Source of the DNA: Chitinophagaceae bacterium
GTDB taxonomy: Bacteria > Bacteroidota > Bacteroidia > Chitinophagales > Chitinophagaceae
Direction: 5' to 3'
NCBI GenBank assembly: GCA_031400855.1
Contig: JANNQR010000045.1
Span: 690 to 64,689 of the forward strand
DNA length: 64,000 nt
The translations under genes and the position numbers were made by a program. Under the pieces are notes generated by a model that saw only the letters and a program-made list of their open reading frames with translations, did not search any database and had not been told where the DNA came from. Shown one piece after another: positions 58,012-64,000 of the stretch (positions are counted from its first letter, which is position 1; every line of letters begins with the position of its first letter).

Positions 58012-59520
58012 ATGAAAATCAAGTCTTTCTTAGCCAGGCCGTTCGCTTCCTATATATATAAAGGTATCAAAAAGGGTATGGCAACTGCGGTTGCAGATCA
58101 GGAAAATATTCTGAAAAGTCAGCTTAAAACCGGTCGAATGACTGATATCGGCAAAGAAGCAAAGCTGGAAAATGTAAATAGTTATGAGGAGTTCCGGCAA
58201 GCCATCCCCATCCTGGATTATGAGCAAATGAAACCATGGGTGGATAAGATTAAAGAAGGCAGGCATAATGTATTATGGAAAGGGAAACCCATCTATTTTG
58301 CCAAAACTTCAGGTACTACCAGCGGAACAAAATACATTCCCATTACCAAAGATTCTATTCCTAATCATATCAATACTGCCCGTAATTCATTGCTTTGTTA
58401 TATGGCAGAAACCGGTAACACCCGATTCGCTGATGGAAAAATGATTTTTCTTTCCGGCTCACCTGAATTAGAAAGAATTGGTGGGATACCTACCGGCAGG
58501 TTGAGTGGGATAGTAAATCATCATGTTCCAAAATATCTCCGCACAAACCAGCTTCCATCCTATGAAACCAACTGTATCGATGATTGGGAAACCAAATTAA
58601 ATAAGATAGTCGATGAGACCATTAACCAGAACATGACGCTGATCAGCGGAATTCCACCATGGATGCAAATGTATTTTGATGAACTATTAAAACGTAGCGG
58701 CAAGAAAGTGGGAGAATTGTTCCCTAATTTTAGTGTTATGGTACAAGGAGGAGTAAATTTTGAGCCGTATAAAGCGAAGCTGTTAGAAAGTGTAAGTAGA
58801 AAAATTGATACCATAGAATTATTTCCTGCAAGTGAGGGTTTTTTTGCTTTCCAGGATTCACAGGTGGAAGAAGGATTATTATTAAATACAAATAGTGGAA
58901 TCTTTTTTGAATTTGTTCCGGCCGGTGAAATTTTTAATGAGAACCCTGCAAGACTTTCATTAAAAGATGTGAAAGTGGGAGAAAATTATGCACTGATCAT
59001 CAGTAGCAATGCGGGTCTTTGGGGATATAATCTTGGTGATACCATAAAGTTTCTCAGTGTAGATCCGTATCGTATTGTCGTGACAGGAAGAACAAAACAT
59101 TTTATTTCCGCCTTTGGTGAACATGTGATCGGAGAAGAAGTAGAAGCCTGTATGCTAAAAACAGCTGAAGAGGAAAATGTACATGTTACAGAATTCACAG
59201 TTGCACCATTTGTAAGCAGCGATGAAGGCAAATCTTACCACGAATGGTTTGTTGAGTTTGAAAATTCGCCACATGATCTTTCTTCTTTTGTAGCAAGACT
59301 TGACAAACACTTACGGGAAAAAAATGTTTATTATGATGATCTGGTTGGAGGAAGTATTCTTGCACCTTTAAAAATTACACCAATCCGGAAAAACGGATTT
59401 ATAGAATATATGCGTTCAATCGGTAAATTGGGCGGACAAAATAAAGTCCCCAGACTAAGTAACGACAGAAAAATTGCAGATGAACTTGCAAAATGGACTA
59501 AAAATTTACAATCAGTATAA
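58012..59520 (+). CDS. GH3 auxin-responsive-promoter family (acyl-acid amido synthetase-like) protein
   Basis: FAKTSGTTSG.KYIP, ELFPASEGFF, LWGYNLGDTIKF, GRTKHFISAFGE, GGQNKVPRL. Confidence 0.9.
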   Translation: MKIKSFLARPFASYIYKGIKKGMATAVADQENILKSQLKTGRMTDIGKEAKLENVNSYEEFRQAIPILDYEQMKPWVDKIKEGRHNVLWKGKPIYFAKTSGTTSGTKYIPITKDSIPNHINTARNSLLCYMAETGNTRFADGKMIFLSGSPELERIGGIPTGRLSGIVNHHVPKYLRTNQLPSYETNCIDDWETKLNKIVDETINQNMTLISGIPPWMQMYFDELLKRSGKKVGELFPNFSVMVQGGVNFEPYKAKLLESVSRKIDTIELFPASEGFFAFQDSQVEEGLLLNTNSGIFFEFVPAGEIFNENPARLSLKDVKVGENYALIISSNAGLWGYNLGDTIKFLSVDPYRIVVTGRTKHFISAFGEHVIGEEVEACMLKTAEEENVHVTEFTVAPFVSSDEGKSYHEWFVEFENSPHDLSSFVARLDKHLREKNVYYDDLVGGSILAPLKITPIRKNGFIEYMRSIGKLGGQNKVPRLSNDRKIADELAKWTKNLQSV

Positions 59521-59523
59521 CAA

Positions 59524-60693
59524 ATGGCTTCAGATCATCCCATAAAACGAATTGCTCTTTTTGGCTCTACCGGTTCTATCGGTACTCAGGCTCTTGAAGT
59601 AATCGCAGCTAACCCCGATAAGTTTTCAGTTGAAGTACTGACTGCACAAACCAATGATGAACTGTTGGTGGAACAGGCTTTGAAATTTAATCCCAACGTA
59701 GTAGTTATTGGTGATGAAAAAAAGTATGAAAAAGTAAAGGGGGCCTTATCGTCTGCTGATATTAAGGTTTTTACCGGTATAACTGCTTTGGAAGAAGTTG
59801 CTGCAATGGATTGCTATGATTTTATGCTGGCAGCTATTGTTGGTTATGCAGGATTAAGACCTACATTAAAAGCAATTGAAAATGGTAAAATAATCGGACT
59901 AGCCAATAAAGAAACATTGGTAGTGGCAGGTGATATCATTATGCGAAAAGCTGTGGAGAATAGAGTTCCTATTATACCGGTGGATTCGGAACATTCAGCA
60001 ATTTTTCAATGTCTTGTAGGTGAAACAAGAAACAGGATTGAAAAGATAATTCTGACGGCTTCCGGAGGTCCATTTATTGGCCGCAAACCAAACTATCTGG
60101 TGAATGTAAAAAAAGAACATGCATTGCAACATCCCAACTGGACGATGGGGGCGAAGATCACCATTGACTCTGCAACCTTGATGAATAAAGGGCTGGAGAT
60201 GATAGAAGCAAAATGGCTGTTCAATTTAAAGCCTGATCAAATACAAGTAGTGATTCATCCGCAAAGTATCATTCATAGTATGGTACAGTTTGAAGATGGC
60301 AGCATCAAAGCTCAGATGGGTTTGCCCGATATGAAGTTGCCGATTCAGTATGCATTAGGTTTTCCCAAAAGAATCAGGAATGATTTTCCCCGCTTTGATT
60401 TTAAAAAAGTAAGCAACCTTACTTTTGAAGAACCAGATGTTAAAACATTCAAAAATCTGGCTTTGGCCATGGATGCATTGAATAAAGGTGGAAACCTTCC
60501 TTGTATATTAAATGCAGCGAATGAAATAGCCGTGTATGCCTTTCTGCGCAACCGTATCAACTTTCTTGATATGACAGATGTAATTGAAAAGACGATGCAA
60601 AATGTCCCCTTTATTGAGAAACCCACTTTGGAGGAATATTTTGAAAGCGATGGCGAGGCCCGTAACTTCGCCGCTGATATTATTAAATTATAA
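59524..60693 (+). CDS. dxr: 1-deoxy-D-xylulose-5-phosphate reductoisomerase
   Basis: GSTGSIGTQ, LANKETLV, PVDSEHSAIFQ, HPNWTMGAKITIDSATLMNKGLE, NAANE. Confidence 0.98.
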   Translation: MASDHPIKRIALFGSTGSIGTQALEVIAANPDKFSVEVLTAQTNDELLVEQALKFNPNVVVIGDEKKYEKVKGALSSADIKVFTGITALEEVAAMDCYDFMLAAIVGYAGLRPTLKAIENGKIIGLANKETLVVAGDIIMRKAVENRVPIIPVDSEHSAIFQCLVGETRNRIEKIILTASGGPFIGRKPNYLVNVKKEHALQHPNWTMGAKITIDSATLMNKGLEMIEAKWLFNLKPDQIQVVIHPQSIIHSMVQFEDGSIKAQMGLPDMKLPIQYALGFPKRIRNDFPRFDFKKVSNLTFEEPDVKTFKNLALAMDALNKGGNLPCILNAANEIAVYAFLRNRINFLDMTDVIEKTMQNVPFIEKPTLEEYFESDGEARNFAADIIKL

Positions 60694-60694
60694 A

Positions 60695-60846
60695 ACCCCT
60701 GACCCCTAAAGGGGAACTTAGGTGAAATAGTGTTTCAGGCATTTTAATAAATAAAAGAATAAATTGTTTCAATACACATAGCCCCAAAGAGAAGTCTTTG
60801 CTTTTCTTTGGGGTTGTGGTTAAAAAGCCCCTTTAGGGGTTGGGGT
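60695..60846. mobile_element. Short dyad element with CCCCTAAAGGGG arms between dxr and rseP
   Basis: ACCCCTGACCCCTAAAGGGGAACTT (60695-60719) inverted with AAGCCCCTTTAGGGGTTGGGGT (60825-60846). Confidence 0.7.
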
Positions 60847-60855
60847 ATAAAAACT

Positions 60856-62226
60856 ATGTATTTATTAGCAATCAATTGGGCTGAAGTGGGTATAAAAGCC
60901 GGGCAATTATTATTGTCCTTATCAATACTAGTAGTGCTGCATGAGTTTGGGCACTTTATTACAGCAAAATGGTTTAAATGCCGGGTAGAAAAATTCTATC
61001 TTTTCTTCGATCCGTGGTTTTCCATTATCAAAAAGAAAATAGGTGATACTGTTTATGGTATCGGCTGGCTGCCGCTGGGTGGGTATGTTAAAATATCCGG
61101 GATGATTGATGAGAGCATGGATAAAGAGCAGATGAAACAACCACCACAACCATGGGAATTCAGAAGTAAGCCAGCCTGGCAGCGATTGATAGTCATGTTG
61201 GGTGGTGTAATAATGAACATCCTGGTAGCTTTCGTCATCTATGCATTTATATTAATGATCTGGGGCGATAAAAAAATACCATCCAGTTCTATGAAGTATG
61301 GTGTTCATATTGGCGACACTACCTTGATGCAAAATGGTTTCAAAAATGGGGACAGAATAATTGGTGTGGATGGAAGAGAAGTGTACGACTTAACCCGATT
61401 TAAAAAGAAATTAATTACTGGCTCTAAAGTACAAATTGAAAGAGATGGCAATGCCATCGAGTTAACATTATCACCAAGATTTATCGGGCAATTAATTGAA
61501 AATAAAAATAAAAAGAGAACCGGATTTATCGAGCCACGTATTCCCGCAATGGTATTGCGGGTAAATGATACTTCATCGGCTTATAAAGCGGGGTTACGAA
61601 AAAATGATTTGTTGATTGGAATTGATTCTGTTCGCTTTAGTTACTTTGATGAACTATCAGATATTCTTGAAACAAAAAAGAATGCAACGGTATTATTAAC
61701 CGTAAAAAGAGACGGGAGAGATACAAGTTTTATTACAAAAATTAATGATCAAGGGCAGATTGGATTTAACCCCTATGGCACTATGAAACAATTGGACAGC
61801 CTTGGCTGGTTGAAATATGAAGTGACTAAGTACAATTTCTTACCTGCTTTTCCTGCCGGAGTAAAAATGACGTTTACAGAGTTAAAAGATTATATGGCGC
61901 AGTTCAAAGCAATTTTAAATCCAACTACAGAAGGTTATAAAGCGGTAGGTGGGTTTAAAACGATGGGTTCCATATTTTCTCCCGTATGGGACTGGGAATC
62001 ATTCTGGCGGCTTACAGCCATGCTTTCAGTTATTCTTGCCTTTATGAATATGTTGCCAATCCCGGGTTTAGATGGCGGTCATGTAATGTTTACTTTATGG
62101 GAAATGATTACCGGCAGAAAACCAAGTGATAAGTTTATGGAGTATGCCCAAATAGCAGGATTTATTATCCTCATTGCTTTAATGCTGTATGCTAATGGCA
62201 ATGATTGGTTTGGTTGGGGCAAGTAA
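60856..62226 (+). CDS. rseP: RIP metalloprotease RseP (site-2 protease with PDZ domains)
   Basis: HEFGH, WLPLGGYVKISGM, NMLPIPGLDGGH; start set at ATG 60856 because the upstream extension is repeat-derived. Confidence 0.96.
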   Translation: MYLLAINWAEVGIKAGQLLLSLSILVVLHEFGHFITAKWFKCRVEKFYLFFDPWFSIIKKKIGDTVYGIGWLPLGGYVKISGMIDESMDKEQMKQPPQPWEFRSKPAWQRLIVMLGGVIMNILVAFVIYAFILMIWGDKKIPSSSMKYGVHIGDTTLMQNGFKNGDRIIGVDGREVYDLTRFKKKLITGSKVQIERDGNAIELTLSPRFIGQLIENKNKKRTGFIEPRIPAMVLRVNDTSSAYKAGLRKNDLLIGIDSVRFSYFDELSDILETKKNATVLLTVKRDGRDTSFITKINDQGQIGFNPYGTMKQLDSLGWLKYEVTKYNFLPAFPAGVKMTFTELKDYMAQFKAILNPTTEGYKAVGGFKTMGSIFSPVWDWESFWRLTAMLSVILAFMNMLPIPGLDGGHVMFTLWEMITGRKPSDKFMEYAQIAGFIILIALMLYANGNDWFGWGK

Positions 62227-62327
62227 AGTTTGAAGTTCGGGGTTCGAAGTTTTTATAGTTGAGAGATTCACTACTATATTTGAGTTTTCTAATAGCACGA
62301 CTAATTTCAAACTCTAAACTCTGAACT
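62227..62327. repeat. Heptad-repeat inverted arms between convergent genes
   Basis: AGTTTGA-AGTTCGG-GGTTCGA versus TTTCAAACTCTAAACTCTGAACT; inner hairpin TAGTTGA-GAGAT-TCAACTA. Confidence 0.5.
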
Positions 62328-62331
62328 GGTT

Positions 62332-64000
62332 TCACAACTCTATTCCAATTTTCTTCATTAATATAGAGGCATTCATGCTTTGGCAGATACCTCTTTTTAG
62401 TTTGTAATCAAAGTATAGTTCATCATTGGCTACCTGCACATCGAAATGATAGTTTTCAATATTACCGGGATATTTTTCAGATAATTTTGCCAATTCAAGA
62501 TCATGGGTAGCAAGTACACCAGCAGCTTTGTGATGAATTAATTGTTTAATAAGGGCACTGGAACCACTATGTCTGTCAGCAGAATTAGTTCCTCTTAAAA
62601 TTTCATCCAATAAAAGAAAAACTTTTTCATTCCTGTTAACTGCTTCAATAATTTCTTTTAATTTTTTTAGCTCTGCATAAAAAGTGGAAGTACTTTCTTC
62701 CAGGTTATCACTGATCCGCATGCTGCTCATTACTTTCATGGGGGAAAGTGTAAGTCGGATAGCACAAACCGGCGCACCCATCATTGCCAGAACCATATTG
62801 ACACCAATACTTCTGAGAAATGTACTTTTCCCGGCCATATTGGAACCGGTAATAAGATTCAATTGATTAACACCTTTTGTAGAAAACGAATTATTAACCC
62901 TTTTCTCAGCAGGAATAAGCGGATGGCCGAGGTTCTCACTTTCAAACACGGCTTCTTCATTACTAATAGCCGGAAATACCCAGGAAGGATGATTGAAATG
63001 CAGCGTAGCAATACTGGATACTGCTTCCATATCAGCCAGACCATTGAACCAATGATCAATATCCTGTTTATTATTTTCTTTCCATTTTTCTAGAGCAAAT
63101 ACTTGCTGCAGGTCCCAAAAAAGAAATGTATTGAGGGGAATAAACACCACAAAGTTAAGACGCAGGTCAAGTCTTTCGAGTATCCTGGTAAGTCCTTTTA
63201 TTTTATGAGATGCTTTATCCGGATGGTGGTCAAATACATTTTTAATTTGCCGGAGGTATAAACTTATAAATGTAGTTTTCTCTATCCAGGCAATGCTATT
63301 GGAGAGTATTTCCAGTTGTGGAGAAATTTTACTGAGTTTTAAATGTGCAGGAATAACTTTTTTGGAAATACTGAATGCAAGGATCATTAATAAAATCGCC
63401 CCTGGAAAAAATCTATTTGACCCGATAATACCTGTAATATAAAGCCCCAGCACGGTAAGACTTATGGCCGGTAAAGCGATCCTGAGTATTTTCCAAAGGG
63501 GTTTATGGATAAATTTATTTTCTTCTGATAGCCAGTGGCTGATTTTTTCTTCAGTAGCATTAGTAATAGCGTCTGCATTACCATAAGCCTGCAACTGCTG
63601 TCGCCAGTTGGTTTGAGCAGTTAATTCTTTAGCAGCCTCTTGTCGCTGCTGCAGCAATGGTACAGAGGCGGGCTGGGTAAGCCAACCGGCCATCACGGTA
63701 TTTCCTTGTTCGGATGTTGTGCGGTTTATGTATTGATACAGGGATGCTCTGCCAAAAATGTCAAGGTCGTTGGTATAAGAATGAGCAGCAAGCTGATACT
63801 TGCTTCCATCGGGTTGGTTAAAGAATCGGTGACTTAGAATCAATAACTCAGTTTCATTAATGGCAATCAACCGGTTGGTATTTTCAATAGCAGCATTATT
63901 ATTAATGTCTTGCTTAAGAAAATAAATGAATAAACAAATCAGTATGAAAAATGCAATTATTCCAACTGCTTCTCCATAAGGCCAAAGTACCCAAGCCGCA
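62332..64000 (-). CDS. MutS-related membrane ATPase (MutS domain V with N-terminal TM segments); 5' end beyond the window
   Basis: ITGSNMAGKSTFLRSIG, STFYAEL, LLDEILRGTNS, ATHDLEL; frame stays open to 64000. Confidence 0.9.
   Translation of the reverse strand, partial: AAWVLWPYGEAVGIIAFFILICLFIYFLKQDINNNAAIENTNRLIAINETELLILSHRFFNQPDGSKYQLAAHSYTNDLDIFGRASLYQYINRTTSEQGNTVMAGWLTQPASVPLLQQRQEAAKELTAQTNWRQQLQAYGNADAITNATEEKISHWLSEENKFIHKPLWKILRIALPAISLTVLGLYITGIIGSNRFFPGAILLMILAFSISKKVIPAHLKLSKISPQLEILSNSIAWIEKTTFISLYLRQIKNVFDHHPDKASHKIKGLTRILERLDLRLNFVVFIPLNTFLFWDLQQVFALEKWKENNKQDIDHWFNGLADMEAVSSIATLHFNHPSWVFPAISNEEAVFESENLGHPLIPAEKRVNNSFSTKGVNQLNLITGSNMAGKSTFLRSIGVNMVLAMMGAPVCAIRLTLSPMKVMSSMRISDNLEESTSTFYAELKKLKEIIEAVNRNEKVFLLLDEILRGTNSADRHSGSSALIKQLIHHKAAGVLATHDLELAKLSEKYPGNIENYHFDVQVANDELYFDYKLKRGICQSMNASILMKKIGIEL

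Noticed and set aside
60808-60855. N-terminal extension of RseP from TTG 60808
   Set aside because: Encoded by the repeat arm; ATG 60856 has the typical A-rich context and gives the normal N-terminus.
258-63837. Numerous 60-160 aa antisense or alternate-frame ORFs overlapping identified genes
   Set aside because: They are shadows of well-supported CDSs with no recognisable motifs; not reported.

Overview
AT-rich chromosomal window from a Bacteroidota genome, most likely Chitinophagaceae-like (T9SS-type C-terminal domains, TTTG-N19-21-TAnnTTTG promoters, type-B L31). Most of it is housekeeping or typical accessory content: dnaE, trxA, msrA, mutS2, pgi, ltaE, yajQ, rpmE2, mazG, ggt, polX/PHP, rplU-rpmA, dxr, rseP, tRNA-Ser(TGA), three signalling systems and four secreted or adhesin-like proteins. 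I found no integrase, transposase, reverse transcriptase, CRISPR array or intein. The unusual content is non-coding or very small. (1) A candidate ~180-nt RNA at 45165-45347 has its own promoter. It is built from three tandem internal-loop modules (AAACRGAA / UGGA(C)AGURA) with covarying stems, resembling the double-T-loop tRNA-elbow-binding module of RNase P and T-box RNAs. (2) A family of 20-40 bp GC-rich palindromes is nested in intergenic repeats and also inserted in frame in dnaE, mazG (twice), ggt and polX. (3) A PIN toxin-antitoxin pair sits between dnaE and a second, synonymously recoded copy of the dnaE 5' end. (4) An unannotated 28-aa histone-H1-like microprotein follows rpmA. (5) A near-identical 83-bp hairpin repeat occurs in tandem pairs at three loci, each downstream of a T9SS-substrate gene. 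(6) Two T9SS paralogues share near-identical flanks but carry different GEVED versus Kelch cores. All family assignments are from motif recognition by eye; no database searches were run.
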